In this document: positions 9,895-19,669 of the stretch, in pieces
How the letters are laid out: each line of letters begins with the position of its first letter
Numbering within the stretch: position 1 is the stretch's first letter
Notes under the pieces: generated by a model
What the model was told of the DNA's origin: nothing
The model's database searches: none
Seen by the model: the letters and a program-made list of their open reading frames with translations, nothing else
Origin: a virus
Lineage: Duplodnaviria; Caudoviricetes
Direction: 5' to 3' (one strand)
DNA: 64,000 nucleotides
Virus record (IMG/VR): IMGVR_UViG_3300020049_013434
Location: 30,451-94,450 of that record
Position numbers and translations under genes: made by a program

Positions 9895-10261
9895 CCAGGA
9901 CCTCCACCAAATTGAGCATGAACGTGTACACGCCATAAGCCGCAAAGAACTCGGCAACGGTATAGAGAGAGAAGCTGCGCGCCGTCAGCAGGACGGCAAT
10001 AATATTCGTCCAGATACCCGTGCAGTACATGCACAGGAGCATGAGACCAACCTCGGTCGTCGCCACATATTTAGGTATCTCTTCGGGCGGCGTATCAGTC
10101 ATCGCAATGTAGCGATTCAGTTGCTCGCCCGTTGCCGTATCGCTAGGCAAAATGCCGGCTAGCTCGCGAATCCGTTCAAGCAGGCGATAGGGTCCGCGCT
10201 CGTTAACCAGCAAATGCGCAATGGCATAAGCGACTAGGGCTCGTAGTAAGATCATCGCCAT
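9845..10261 (-). CDS. DUF1360-like membrane protein
   Basis: TM segments with ERGPYRLLERIR and LLCMYCTGIW (CxxC-W) signature; sits in the lysis cluster. Confidence 0.6.
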   Translation of the reverse strand: MAMILLRALVAYAIAHLLVNERGPYRLLERIRELAGILPSDTATGEQLNRYIAMTDTPPEEIPKYVATTEVGLMLLCMYCTGIWTNIIAVLLTARSFSLYTVAEFFAAYGVYTFMLNLVEVLDGLESFLEKVKSIRSR

Positions 10262-10896
10262 AACAATGCCTGCCTTTGCACTCTGTCTACCCTGGACATC
10301 CATGACACGCCGTAGCGCGCATAGTTTGACAGGGTGCGGTAAAAATAGCGGCGCCATTCATTGTAGGCGTCGAAGGTGCCGGTCACGCTCGACGCCAGTA
10401 GCGCCGTGCCAACACCGGCATTGACCGCAAAGTCGAACACGGTCAGGTTGAGCGGAAAAGGCAGCATGGCTGCCCCACTTGGCACCCAATAGCTATCGTG
10501 ATAAATCTTGCGCATGCGCTCCATGGTGAGCTGAGAGACACGCACGTAGGGGTGCGCCTTTTGGCTAATGCCCCACAGTGTGACGCCGCCCGGATCATGT
10601 TGGTCAGTCGATAGCCCACCCTCTTCGCGCAGAACAAAGCGCAGGCAGCGACCAAAATCACCTTCGACAAGTCGGTCAATTAGAATGGTCCGATTCGCCG
10701 ATTGCTCGGCTATCCAGCCGGTGCGCCCGTTGCGGACCTGCCACCAGATTAATCCAGCGCGCTCAATGGGACCGCCTGTAATAACGAGCTTCGTGTCGAA
10801 GTCAAGCGTCTCAAGCCATGTACCGTTCGGCTCGCGTCGGAGTTTAGTCGGCGTGACCACGACCACAGAATCACCTACCAAAAGTTCTGTCTTCAT
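10252..10896 (-). CDS. Endolysin: SH3-like domain + glycoside hydrolase family 108
   Basis: EGG...DPGGVTLWGIS and FDFAVNAG GH108 motifs; N-terminal WWQV..GRTGWIAE SH3b-like motif. Confidence 0.85.
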   Translation of the reverse strand: MKTELLVGDSVVVVTPTKLRREPNGTWLETLDFDTKLVITGGPIERAGLIWWQVRNGRTGWIAEQSANRTILIDRLVEGDFGRCLRFVLREEGGLSTDQHDPGGVTLWGISQKAHPYVRVSQLTMERMRKIYHDSYWVPSGAAMLPFPLNLTVFDFAVNAGVGTALLASSVTGTFDAYNEWRRYFYRTLSNYARYGVSWMSRVDRVQRQALLWR

Positions 10897-10907
10897 AGAA
10901 TCTTCCC

Positions 10908-10950
10908 CAATGGTCGCCGATCATTAATCGGACGTGATCGGCGACCATTG
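10908..10950. terminator. 16-bp perfect inverted repeat between holin and endolysin
   Basis: CAATGGTCGCCGATCA-N11-TGATCGGCGACCATTG. Confidence 0.5.
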
Positions 10951-10956
10951 GCAATG

Positions 10957-11364
10957 TTAGTTCTTTTTAACTTCGACCGACTGCCCACCCGTCAGGCTGA
11001 CCGGCTGATTGGTCAGGAAGCGCAGGAAAATGTTCAGTACGCCAGACACCCAGGCGATATGAGCCGGGTTGACGCCCAGCACGTCGTAGCTGGTAAGGGC
11101 AAGGACGGCGAGCGTGATTGTGATCGCGTTGATCCAGAACGTTCTGCTAGCCGCAATACTCTTAGTCCCTACAGTCGTTGCCTCTTCGATCATTTCTTCC
11201 TCCCGATTTCTAATGCTATCCCACTCGGAATACCGCTCGTTTGCTGGCAGTGTGCCACTGATTCGATCTGCCCGTGCCCCTAGTCGACAGGCTGACCAGT
11301 AGAGCACGAAGATGAGTGCGCTTACAATGCCCCAGAGCTTCAGAATCCACCACAGCGTATCCAT
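10957..11364 (-). CDS. Putative holin
   Basis: Three hydrophobic segments, SRTFWIN and NIFLRFLTNQPV holin-like motifs, directly upstream of endolysin. Confidence 0.65.
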   Translation of the reverse strand: MDTLWWILKLWGIVSALIFVLYWSACRLGARADRISGTLPANERYSEWDSIRNREEEMIEEATTVGTKSIAASRTFWINAITITLAVLALTSYDVLGVNPAHIAWVSGVLNIFLRFLTNQPVSLTGGQSVEVKKN

Positions 11365-11528
11365 TACGCCTCCTGCTTCCGCCGTACCTTTCGACGCTTT
11401 AGTCCAACAGCCGGTAAATCAGCGTGCTTGCGGCGCATAATGCGCTTGTGCCAGAACGGTCTGACCTGCAGCGCTTCTTGTGAGGCGGCAACGGCGTTCT
11501 GTATGGCTTTTCTCTGCTGCTCATTCAT
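11364..11528 (-). CDS. Small basic protein (54 aa)
   Basis: MNEQQRKAIQNAVAASQEALQVRPFWHKRIMRRK...; fills the gap in the operon. Confidence 0.5.
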   Translation of the reverse strand: MNEQQRKAIQNAVAASQEALQVRPFWHKRIMRRKHADLPAVGLKRRKVRRKQEA

Positions 11529-11534
11529 GATTTC

Positions 11535-13043
11535 TCACCCAATCCATATCGCAAACCAGGCGTCCGGCATAGGGGTGTCCGGCACTATTTCCGGCTGCAA
11601 TTCGACATATCCAATCATCTTGGTCGCCGCAATTATCGCAATCGGTGTCATTTCAACGTACCCAATTATCTTGGTCGATAGAACGACCGTAGCTGGCGAA
11701 AGCTCGACATAGGCGATAGCCTTTGTGACTGCTACAATGGTCGTCGGTGACAGCTCGGCGTAGCCAACAACCTTGGTGCTACTCACCGTGGCGGCCGGCT
11801 GCATTTCAACGTAGCCAATGACCTTGGTACTATCGACCCTCGCCGCAATGGAGCCTGAAAGTGAAGCACTTGGCGTGAGACCGCCAGTCAACCTCTTGAT
11901 CGCCCGCTTCAGAAGTCCGCCAGCGCTTGCTACTGCGCCAGATAGCGATACGTACATGCGCTTGGCTAACGTGCCGCTCACGCCCACTGCACCAGTCAGG
12001 CGATACGTGAACTGCTTTGTCAGGCTTCCGACTGGCGTTAACCCACCTGACAGGTGCTTTGTTACCGACACCTTCAGAGATCCGGCTATCGTGACAGCGC
12101 CGGTCAACACGCGTACCGAGCTCTGCATGACGGCGCCAGCGCTGCCGACTGAGCCAGAGAGAATTACCAGGAAGCCGCGACCAACGGTGCCACTGAGTGT
12201 TACGCCGCCACTGAGCGCTCTTGTCAAACTCTTAACGAGTGTGCCCGCTGGTGTCAGTCCACCGCTTAAAAGCTTCGATACTCGATTGAGCAAAGTGCTA
12301 GCCGGAGTTAGCTCGCCCGCCAAATGGAAGCCGACTTGCCGAACCAGGCTACCTGTCGGTGTGATTCCGCCAGAGACAGATTGATTATAATTCGTTGAGC
12401 TCGGCGGCTTAACGATAATGGCGGCAAGCGCCCATTCGCGTGCAGACGACAAAGATGCTGAGCCGAGCAGTGTGACTGATCCCGCTACAGACTTGTCTTC
12501 GTAGAACATGCTGGCTCTGACAATGTTTCCGCCAGATCCAACGGAATTATTTATGCTTACACTGGTTTCGTCTACCAACGTAACGTTTGCTGGTCCGTGA
12601 ACCGACAGACAGCCTACTACTCGCGCTCCGTCTGTCGTCGTTGTTATTGAAACCGTAGCATCCTTATTGTCAGTAGCGCCAGTCGAGGCGCTACCTGTAT
12701 TCTCTATTGCGCCAGATCCGTTCGTGCCTGATGTGTCAACGCCGGATACGCGGATTGCGATCGCGTAAGAGAATCCACTGGTATTGGAGATGGAGATACT
12801 TCCAGTGCTTGGGCTTGCACCCATCGATCTCCATACCGTGAGACCGCATTGCCCCTGCGTCTCATTTACATCTATGACTTGCGCAAATGTGAGTCCATTC
12901 CCGCTAATGGACGGACCTAGTAGCTCATTCCTTTCCGCCAAAAAAACCAGGACTAATTCGTTCGCTAGCGGAGTCCAGCTTGGTAGCGCGATCCCACTAC
13001 CGCCATCTGCTGCTCCAATCGCCTGTTCAATTACAATCGCCAT
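11535..13043 (-). CDS. Fibre/spike-like virion protein with ~18-aa repeats
   Basis: LSGGLTPAGTL-type repeats, then STKVIGYVEM-type repeats; Ser/Gly/Thr/Val-rich. Confidence 0.6.
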   Translation of the reverse strand: MAIVIEQAIGAADGGSGIALPSWTPLANELVLVFLAERNELLGPSISGNGLTFAQVIDVNETQGQCGLTVWRSMGASPSTGSISISNTSGFSYAIAIRVSGVDTSGTNGSGAIENTGSASTGATDNKDATVSITTTTDGARVVGCLSVHGPANVTLVDETSVSINNSVGSGGNIVRASMFYEDKSVAGSVTLLGSASLSSAREWALAAIIVKPPSSTNYNQSVSGGITPTGSLVRQVGFHLAGELTPASTLLNRVSKLLSGGLTPAGTLVKSLTRALSGGVTLSGTVGRGFLVILSGSVGSAGAVMQSSVRVLTGAVTIAGSLKVSVTKHLSGGLTPVGSLTKQFTYRLTGAVGVSGTLAKRMYVSLSGAVASAGGLLKRAIKRLTGGLTPSASLSGSIAARVDSTKVIGYVEMQPAATVSSTKVVGYAELSPTTIVAVTKAIAYVELSPATVVLSTKIIGYVEMTPIAIIAATKMIGYVELQPEIVPDTPMPDAWFAIWIG

Positions 13044-13055
13044 GGGCAGCCGTCC

Positions 13056-14108
13056 TTAGAATGTACCGGCCGTCTCGTGTACAATCTCCATATTGTTCAC
13101 ATCGGTCGCCGACCATGCACCGCCGCCAGGCTTGGTTGTCTGGCGCTCCATGACCGGACCAAAGGTCGTGGTCAACGCCTGTGCCGAGCCAAGTACTTCT
13201 GTGCCGGAAAGTCGTGTGCCAAGCTTGATCGTGCTCGCCTTTGCCGGATCGGACTTCTTGATCCAGTCCTCAACGATCACGGCGTCGATCTGATAGCCAG
13301 CCGGCAGCGTTAGGTTCGACATGGCATAGCCGTCATTGACGCCGGACGCACTGGCATAGACATAGTCCGTCGTGTCATTGGGCGCACCCGTGTCGTCGAC
13401 TGCCTGGTAGTTTGTAGCGGCGCCAGCCACGCTCCAGTTCGTATTGGTGCCGGCGCCGGAAACCGTCAGTGGCTCAAATATGCTTTGCGGTACGGAATCG
13501 TCCGCTTCACTGACGGTCGTGTCGCCGTAGATATCGTCGACGTACAGGTAATTTGCCCAGCCATTGCCAGCCGAGCTACCACGTCCGCCGACATAAATGC
13601 CAGTGCAGTTCCCAGTGTAAAAGCCGGTTGTCGCCTGCAGACGAAGTACGCCATTTATATAGACCGACAAGAATGGGCTGCCGCCAGAAAACTTTGCATT
13701 CACCCCGACATGGAACCAGGTGTTCGTCGGGTTAATGCCGGCTGTAGCCGCAGCGACCGATACAATCTCCGTATTGAGCGCACAGATACGGAGGACGCCG
13801 GTCGTCTGATAGTACTCAACCGTGTTTAGCCCGCCGCTATTGTCGAAGTGAAAGAAGATACCGCGCGCATTGGTGCCGGTGAGCCCAGCGTGATTAAAGA
13901 ACGCTCCGCAGCGCACTTGAGCAACAGACGGCGTGGCAAAGCCCAGTGGGTAATCGTCGGCGCCAAAGCGAAAGCTATACAAGCCAGTCTTCGCCTTCGT
14001 GGCTGAAATCGCTTGCCCGCTTGCCGATCCCCAGTTCGCTGACTCCGCAGGAAGCTCAGCTTTGCTCTGCATCTCAGCGCCAGCCTGCCATACGCGTGCG
14101 ATTGTCAT
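13056..14108 (-). CDS. Virion protein with concanavalin/LamG-like beta-sandwich
   Basis: NTWFHVGV...LSVYING...YVDDIY pattern; beta-rich. Confidence 0.5.
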   Translation of the reverse strand: MTIARVWQAGAEMQSKAELPAESANWGSASGQAISATKAKTGLYSFRFGADDYPLGFATPSVAQVRCGAFFNHAGLTGTNARGIFFHFDNSGGLNTVEYYQTTGVLRICALNTEIVSVAAATAGINPTNTWFHVGVNAKFSGGSPFLSVYINGVLRLQATTGFYTGNCTGIYVGGRGSSAGNGWANYLYVDDIYGDTTVSEADDSVPQSIFEPLTVSGAGTNTNWSVAGAATNYQAVDDTGAPNDTTDYVYASASGVNDGYAMSNLTLPAGYQIDAVIVEDWIKKSDPAKASTIKLGTRLSGTEVLGSAQALTTTFGPVMERQTTKPGGGAWSATDVNNMEIVHETAGTF

Positions 14109-14683
14109 TGGTATGTTCCCTTCAGCGTTACAACCGCACCCTTAGCCCCATTGCCGCCGTCCATTACGCGTACAGAGATTTCGTCGTCGTCAGCGATTGA
14201 GGCGGCGGGTAGGACGGCAGGCACCGAGGCGGTGACCGAAGTCTTCTCGTCCTGATCAATTGTTACTCTGGTCGAGAACACGCTCACCCCATTCTTGCGC
14301 ACGTCAATGTCTACCTTGTTCAACGTCGAAGCCGTTTTTACGCTGGCTCTAACAGAGGTCAAGGTGAACGCGTCTGGCGCACGAAAGGTGACCGTATTGC
14401 CGGTAACCACGTCAGCCGTATCGCCGCCCATGCCGACCATAAGGCGGTAAGGGCGAACGGTCAGTGCCTCTAGGGCTTCCTGGACATTGTCGGCGCCGGG
14501 CAAGGCAGGAATGGCGGCGATAAGAACCTCAGAGGCGTCCTGCTCACTGCCAGGAAGCCCTTCGCTCAAATCGATCCACTCGATACCATTGTCGGTTGTA
14601 ATGGGCGTCAGACCATTGCCGGTTGGCGCAGGCAGTGGCTCACTACAGCGGCGGTCGCTCAGTCCAAGAAGATTGGTAACCAT
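14105..14683 (-). CDS. Virion structural protein
   Basis: ADNVQEALEAL motif and C-terminal beta domain common in phage fibre accessory proteins. Confidence 0.45.
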   Translation of the reverse strand: MVTNLLGLSDRRCSEPLPAPTGNGLTPITTDNGIEWIDLSEGLPGSEQDASEVLIAAIPALPGADNVQEALEALTVRPYRLMVGMGGDTADVVTGNTVTFRAPDAFTLTSVRASVKTASTLNKVDIDVRKNGVSVFSTRVTIDQDEKTSVTASVPAVLPAASIADDDEISVRVMDGGNGAKGAVVTLKGTYQ

Positions 14684-14684
14684 A

Positions 14685-15299
14685 TTAGGCTAACTTGCTC
14701 GCGCTCTTCAGAATGCTGGCTGCCACGGTCTCGGACGAGCCCAGGATCTCAGCGAGCTCTTCTTGCGTCAGGGCGGCCAAGGCTTTGTAGGTGACAATTC
14801 CCGCCTCGTTCAGCTTCTCTTCGCGCGCCGGCCCAACGCCGTCAACCTCGGTCAGCGCGTCCTTCTCGTCCGTCTTGACCTCTGGCACGATTAGCTTGGT
14901 CGTCAGTTCACCGCCAGGCTGCACAGAAGCAACCTCGCCGGTCTCTACAGCGCCGTCGTTCACTGCCGTTTCGACAATGGGCTCGTCTTGCACCGCCACG
15001 GGCTCAACCTCAATCAGTTGAAACAAGTCTGGTCGTCGAGCGGCGTCTTCAGGATGAACCGAGAGCTCCAGCCCATTGCCGCCATAGCCATAGTGCCGTA
15101 CCTTTCTGGTCGGCGACGTAATATAGTGATTGCCGTGTGGACCGTTGTAGCGCACACGGACATAGCCGTCATCAGCGGGGGCGAGCGAACGAGTCTGCGA
15201 TCTTGCCATTGGTTCTGCTCCATAAATTGTTCTGGCGCTTGCTGACGGTGATACTGAACGAGTACTCCCGCGCGAGCGTCCGCAACTACCACATGCCAT
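14685..15299 (-). CDS. Protein with N-terminal CxxC and C-terminal helix-hairpin-helix domain
   Basis: MACGSCG start; DALTEVDGVGPAREEKLNEAGIVTYKALA HhH motif. Confidence 0.6.
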   Translation of the reverse strand: MACGSCGRSRGSTRSVSPSASARTIYGAEPMARSQTRSLAPADDGYVRVRYNGPHGNHYITSPTRKVRHYGYGGNGLELSVHPEDAARRPDLFQLIEVEPVAVQDEPIVETAVNDGAVETGEVASVQPGGELTTKLIVPEVKTDEKDALTEVDGVGPAREEKLNEAGIVTYKALAALTQEELAEILGSSETVAASILKSASKLA

Positions 15300-15402
15300 G
15301 CCTAATCCTCCTAATTATGTAGGTGGGTCGGTGGAGCAACCACCCGCCCACCAGGCGGTTACCCCACCTAACCCCATCCCACTCCAGTATACAGAGAGAA
15401 GT

Positions 15403-15436
15403 AGAGCGTTCCTATCCCTTAGAATTCGGGGTTTTT
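15403..15436 (-). promoter_or_regulatory. Late-promoter activator box, copy 1
   Basis: AAAAACCCCGAATTCTAAGGGATA with TATACT 21 nt downstream; 33/34 identical to 24445-24478. Confidence 0.75.
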
Positions 15437-15437
15437 G

Positions 15438-15475
15438 TTTTCCCACTTGACATATTATACTGACCGTGATAAACT
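15438..15475 (+). promoter_or_regulatory. Sigma70 promoter with TTTTCCCAC extension
   Basis: TTTTCCCAC-TTGACA-17-TAAACT with extended -10 TG. Confidence 0.7.
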
Positions 15476-15511
15476 TCTCGGCTAGTTTGGTTTCTGTTTA
15501 GGGGAGGCAGC

Positions 15512-15970
15512 TTGCAGGGGCGTATTCACGGAGTGGTTGACGACACGATAGCTAACAGTGTCCTGGTCGGTGGGTTGGTAGCCACACCGATTCTGGGCTT
15601 GTGGGGGCTCGGCTTTATTGTGGCTGGTGTCTTCAGCCGCTTCGTCTCTCCTGACTTTGACATTGTCGACGTGACAGTTGAGAGCAAGCACAAGGTGTAC
15701 CGCCTCAACTGGTTTCTGGGCATGCTCTGGGAGGTCTACTGGCTGCCCTATGGCTTGCTCAATCGCCACCGTGGGCGCAGTCACAAGTGGCTAGGTACAG
15801 TCGAGCGCTGCCTCTATCTCTACTGGCTGCCCATGCTGTCGTTCTATCAAATCGGTATCCAGTATCCTTACCTGCAAGGCACAATTCTGCTGTTCTGGTT
15901 GGCGGTCTTCATTGGGCATGGTGTGGTTGATCGGGCGCATGTGCGACTAGATCGCATGTGCTACTTCTAA
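15512..15970 (+). CDS. DUF2227-like metal-binding membrane protein (moron, opposite strand)
   Basis: SPDFD...YWLPY...HRGRSH...GT motif pattern; several TM segments. Confidence 0.65.
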   Translation: MQGRIHGVVDDTIANSVLVGGLVATPILGLWGLGFIVAGVFSRFVSPDFDIVDVTVESKHKVYRLNWFLGMLWEVYWLPYGLLNRHRGRSHKWLGTVERCLYLYWLPMLSFYQIGIQYPYLQGTILLFWLAVFIGHGVVDRAHVRLDRMCYF

Positions 15971-15978
15971 GGAGGGTT

Positions 15979-16242
15979 ATGGCAACAGCTTATGCGCGTA
16001 GAGAATTGCAAGAGATTCTGTTCAGCCTTTTTTATGCCAAGTATTTCAATCATGGCACCGGAGGGCATCAGGCTTATACGGTGCAAGCGAAGCAGGCTCG
16101 CAGTGCTGGAAAGGGTGATATTCGCCTTGTGCTTGTAAATCTATTCGATCAAGATCAAGGTCATTTACCGGATGATATCGTAGCAAAGGCTATTGAGGCT
16201 CACCCAGAACAGTTCTTAGTGGAGGCGCCTAGATCGAAGTAG
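15979..16242 (+). CDS. Hypothetical protein
   Basis: AAGGAGG RBS before ATG 15979. Confidence 0.55.
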   Translation: MATAYARRELQEILFSLFYAKYFNHGTGGHQAYTVQAKQARSAGKGDIRLVLVNLFDQDQGHLPDDIVAKAIEAHPEQFLVEAPRSK

Positions 16243-16306
16243 TTGGTAATACGGAAAGCCTGACCGGCTAGCCTTTACATAAAATCATATAGTGTGATGT
16301 GCAAGC

Positions 16307-16346
16307 GCAAAACGACCATAGATCAGTTGATCTATGGTCGTTTTGC
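16307..16346. terminator. 19-bp perfect inverted repeat between convergent genes
   Basis: GCAAAACGACCATAGATCA-GT-TGATCTATGGTCGTTTTGC. Confidence 0.7.
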
Positions 16347-16369
16347 TTTAAGAGGATAAAGGGATAAAG

Positions 16370-16861
16370 CTAGTTACGGCGAATGGTCACGTACAAGACG
16401 ACACCTGCCGCCGTGTGGGTCGGTGTGCCACGGGTAACAGCCGCCACGAAGATCGACTTCGATCCGCTGGCAGCGGAGACAGGCAGGTTCAGGTCGTTGA
16501 GGTTCGCCATGCGGGCGCCGCCAAAGTCGATTTGCTTGGCAGCCGGCACATTGACGATGCCCAGGATCTGAGCGGCGTTCGTGTCGGTGATAGCCGGCGC
16601 AGCGTTCTCGGTGCCGAGGGCGACGTTGGTCTTCAGGAAAACCAAGTCAATCTCAACACCCTGATCGTCCTTGTCGAGCACGTTGATACTTTGGATCTCT
16701 CCGGTGCCGCCAGGCGTAAACATGGCGTCGGCAATCTCCTGGGTATCAGCCAGCACGTCGCCGCTGGTGTAGGCACTGGTATCCAGACTGAGGGTGACGG
16801 TCTTAACGACCACGTCCTCGTTGAGCACGGGGCTCAGTGTTCGTCGGTTATATACTGGCAT
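16370..16861 (-). CDS. Capsid decoration/minor capsid protein
   Basis: Beta-rich 163 aa directly after the major capsid gene. Confidence 0.5.
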   Translation of the reverse strand: MPVYNRRTLSPVLNEDVVVKTVTLSLDTSAYTSGDVLADTQEIADAMFTPGGTGEIQSINVLDKDDQGVEIDLVFLKTNVALGTENAAPAITDTNAAQILGIVNVPAAKQIDFGGARMANLNDLNLPVSAASGSKSIFVAAVTRGTPTHTAAGVVLYVTIRRN

Positions 16862-16863
16862 GG

Positions 16864-18480
16864 TTAGGCTCCAATCACGCCGCCGTTAGGGGCGAGCGCC
16901 GCGTTCTTCACGAGCTGACCAGTCAAGGTGCCGTCGCCTTCTTTCCACAATTCACGTACCGACCCGGATAGGATCGTCACGCAAACGTTTTCAATGCGAC
17001 CAGCCAAGTGCGGCGCCTTAAAGATCAGGCGGGGCTCAACCTTGGTCTGCACCTCGAAGCACCAGCGCTCCATGGTAAAGGCGTGGTGGTAACGACCACC
17101 GTCAGTCCAGCCCAAGGCGTCGGTGAAGCTGCCAGGCAGCGCACTCAACTCTTGGTCAATCTTGCTGTAGTCAATGTGCTCGAAGTACAACACCGGTTGT
17201 CCAGCCGCCGTGAAGGGGATAAAGAAGATATCGCCCGTGTAGCTGTTGGCGCCGCTGTCGTAGGTATAGGGCAAGTTGTCGTCCGTGTAAATCGGGTAGG
17301 TACGACCGTTCAAGGTGATCGCCCGACTGTTGCGCAGTTGCTCGCGCATGGACAAGGTGAACAAGTCGCCACCAGGGCTGTTGAGCACAATGCTGGTTTG
17401 GGTAGCCGCCGTATTGAGCGGCAAGCCACAGCCGAGCCCAGCCATTTCGCAGGGCAAGTGCTTGGTGATTTCGTCCCAGTGCGTACTTGGCATGAAGATG
17501 CCCCATTCGACCGGGAGTAAGCGCAAGCGCCGTGCGCGTTCGTGCAGCACCATTTCCATCTCTTCCAGGTACTCGTAGAGGCTGACGCCGGCGCCGACAC
17601 AATTGCTACCGAAGTCCATGATCAGGCTATTCAGAGCCGTGGCGCGGGCAGCCGTCGTCATGACATCGACCGTAATCGGGCTGGAGACGGTGCCGTAGCT
17701 GTCGGAGATTAAGCGCAGCAAGCCATGGAATTCCTTATAGGCGTCGCCGTCGTTGTTCGCCGGGTCACCGGTCCAAACCTTCTCCATGAACCACAATTGC
17801 ATGCGACGCCCAATGTTCCAGAGCTGGCGGGCAACAGCCGACTGAACCACGATATCGCGGTCAGCGCGGGCGTCTTCCCACGGTGCATTGAAGGCGTTGC
17901 CGCCCAAGCTCAGGTCGCCGACAAAGTAAAAGTCGTCGTACTGACGGGCGCAGGCGCGGCGCACGAGCTCGTTTACTTCCAATGTCTTACCCCGGCGACA
18001 AATGCGACCGTAGGGATAGGAGAACTTCAGGAAGTCATGCTCGTCGTCGACAACCAAACAAGGCTCACAAGCAGTGTCCGGCTCTTCACCGCCGCTAGCG
18101 TCAAAGACACCGTGGGCGGTCATGAAGCCGAACTTCTGCTCCAGGTTGTTGTTCGGGAACACCGGGATCATGTTGACAATGCTATCTTCCGGCTGGATGA
18201 TCAAGCTCATCAACTGTGCGTCAAGTTCGCAGTCCTGGAAGAACGCCTGTTCGTACATGGGACGGTGCAGCGTGGTTGAAGCAAGCGTGCCAAGGGTGTG
18301 CTTTGTCCGCACGCCGTTATTTCGGGTGCCGGAGCTCTTGCGCTTCTTGCTCTTGCTTGACTCCGCCACTTCACCGGACAGGATGTATTCTTCGAGGAGG
18401 GCAATCTGCGCCTCGACGACTTCCTGCATCATGTTGCGGTGCTTGGCGGTCGCCTGGCGTTTCTTACTCTTCGTCTTCAT
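16864..18480 (-). CDS. Major capsid protein
   Basis: Follows scaffold/protease; EFHGLLRLI motif and C-terminal PRLIFKAPHLAGRIENV are HK97-fold-like. Confidence 0.75.
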   Translation of the reverse strand: MKTKSKKRQATAKHRNMMQEVVEAQIALLEEYILSGEVAESSKSKKRKSSGTRNNGVRTKHTLGTLASTTLHRPMYEQAFFQDCELDAQLMSLIIQPEDSIVNMIPVFPNNNLEQKFGFMTAHGVFDASGGEEPDTACEPCLVVDDEHDFLKFSYPYGRICRRGKTLEVNELVRRACARQYDDFYFVGDLSLGGNAFNAPWEDARADRDIVVQSAVARQLWNIGRRMQLWFMEKVWTGDPANNDGDAYKEFHGLLRLISDSYGTVSSPITVDVMTTAARATALNSLIMDFGSNCVGAGVSLYEYLEEMEMVLHERARRLRLLPVEWGIFMPSTHWDEITKHLPCEMAGLGCGLPLNTAATQTSIVLNSPGGDLFTLSMREQLRNSRAITLNGRTYPIYTDDNLPYTYDSGANSYTGDIFFIPFTAAGQPVLYFEHIDYSKIDQELSALPGSFTDALGWTDGGRYHHAFTMERWCFEVQTKVEPRLIFKAPHLAGRIENVCVTILSGSVRELWKEGDGTLTGQLVKNAALAPNGGVIGA

Positions 18481-19594
18481 TGTTTAGCCCTCCGAAAATA
18501 CCAGCGAGCATGTGACTGCCCTGCTTGCGTGTCTTTGCCTCAGCCGGACCCTTGAGTTTTTTCTTGTCCGTGGTGTCCAGCTCAGTGTCGTCCTGTCCAA
18601 TGACAGAGGCAGGCATGAAGTTAGCAAAGATAGAGCGCGGCGCGGCGGAAGCCTTCTGGGCTACCTTGTCCTCGTCGTCCACTTCGATCTCTTCGATCGT
18701 GCCTTCCAATTCGTCGATTCGCTCAGCCTGTTCTTCGACCAAGCCCTTGAGCGCTTTAATGTCGCCGCCCAAGGTTTCCTGTAGGCGCTGTAGGGCGCCC
18801 AGCAGGTCATTCTGCAGCGCCTCGAAGGCTGCCAAGGTCACATTGCCGGTCGCCACGGCTTCCGTCTTTGGCTCTTCCTTGACTTCTTCCTTCTTGGCTA
18901 ACCGCTCGGCTACGTCTGACTGAACAGACGACTTTAGCCCCTTCGTGTCGATACCGACACGATCAAGGACTTCTGCGAAGTCACGCGACTTCGACTCGAA
19001 CTCCTTGACGTAGTCTTCGCCGTGCATAGCCACGAGGGCTGCACGTTGTGCGTCTGATAGATACATGTGTTTCGTTAGCTCCTTCTCGATCAGCTCGAAG
19101 CTGGTCCATTGATTTGCCGCCATCTCCAATGGCAAGATAGAGATCTCGTAGGTGATATACTCCTGAATGAGACCTTCGTCCGCGTCGTACTTCAGCACAA
19201 AAAAGCCGTGACTGAGTCCTGGTTCGTAGATAGAGACAAACCGTTTGACGCCAAGCGCCTCCTCTGGCGTTAGCTTGAACTCCGCAAAGGCGAAGTTGCC
19301 GTCAAAGCCCCACCAGTGCGCAATGTTCTTGCGTTGCGTACCGGGCAAGTGCAATGACCAGAGTTCGGGCGCTTTGTTGGGGTTGTCGTCGAGCCAGCGC
19401 ATGTAGCGCTCATGGGCCTCCCGCGTCACAATCTCCCCACCTTTTGGGTGAGCAAACGTGTCGCGGTCGCGCCAGCGATTCGAGTATTGGCACATCAAGA
19501 GATAGTTGCCATCGGCTGCCTTGCGCATTGACAAGCAGTCCTTTTGGAAGCCAAGGTCTATCTCAAGATTACTGAAGAAGCTACCGACTGACAT
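18464..19594 (-). CDS. Prohead protease + scaffold
   Basis: DRD..GEIV, LWSLH, GLSHGF, EISILP protease-like motifs, then acidic coiled coil. Confidence 0.65.
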   Translation of the reverse strand: MSVGSFFSNLEIDLGFQKDCLSMRKAADGNYLLMCQYSNRWRDRDTFAHPKGGEIVTREAHERYMRWLDDNPNKAPELWSLHLPGTQRKNIAHWWGFDGNFAFAEFKLTPEEALGVKRFVSIYEPGLSHGFFVLKYDADEGLIQEYITYEISILPLEMAANQWTSFELIEKELTKHMYLSDAQRAALVAMHGEDYVKEFESKSRDFAEVLDRVGIDTKGLKSSVQSDVAERLAKKEEVKEEPKTEAVATGNVTLAAFEALQNDLLGALQRLQETLGGDIKALKGLVEEQAERIDELEGTIEEIEVDDEDKVAQKASAAPRSIFANFMPASVIGQDDTELDTTDKKKLKGPAEAKTRKQGSHMLAGIFGGLNNEDEE

Positions 19595-19645
19595 TAAATC
19601 CCCCTCCTATATATTGAAAGCATAGCAGGAGGGGGAATCTATTGA

Positions 19646-19669
19646 TATCCCTTAGAATTCGGGGTTTTT
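19646..19669 (-). promoter_or_regulatory. Late-promoter activator box, copy 2 (overlaps end of LuxR gene)
   Basis: AAAAACCCCGAATTCTAAGGGATA then TGC-TATGCT at the same 21-nt spacing, upstream of the protease/capsid operon. Confidence 0.75.
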
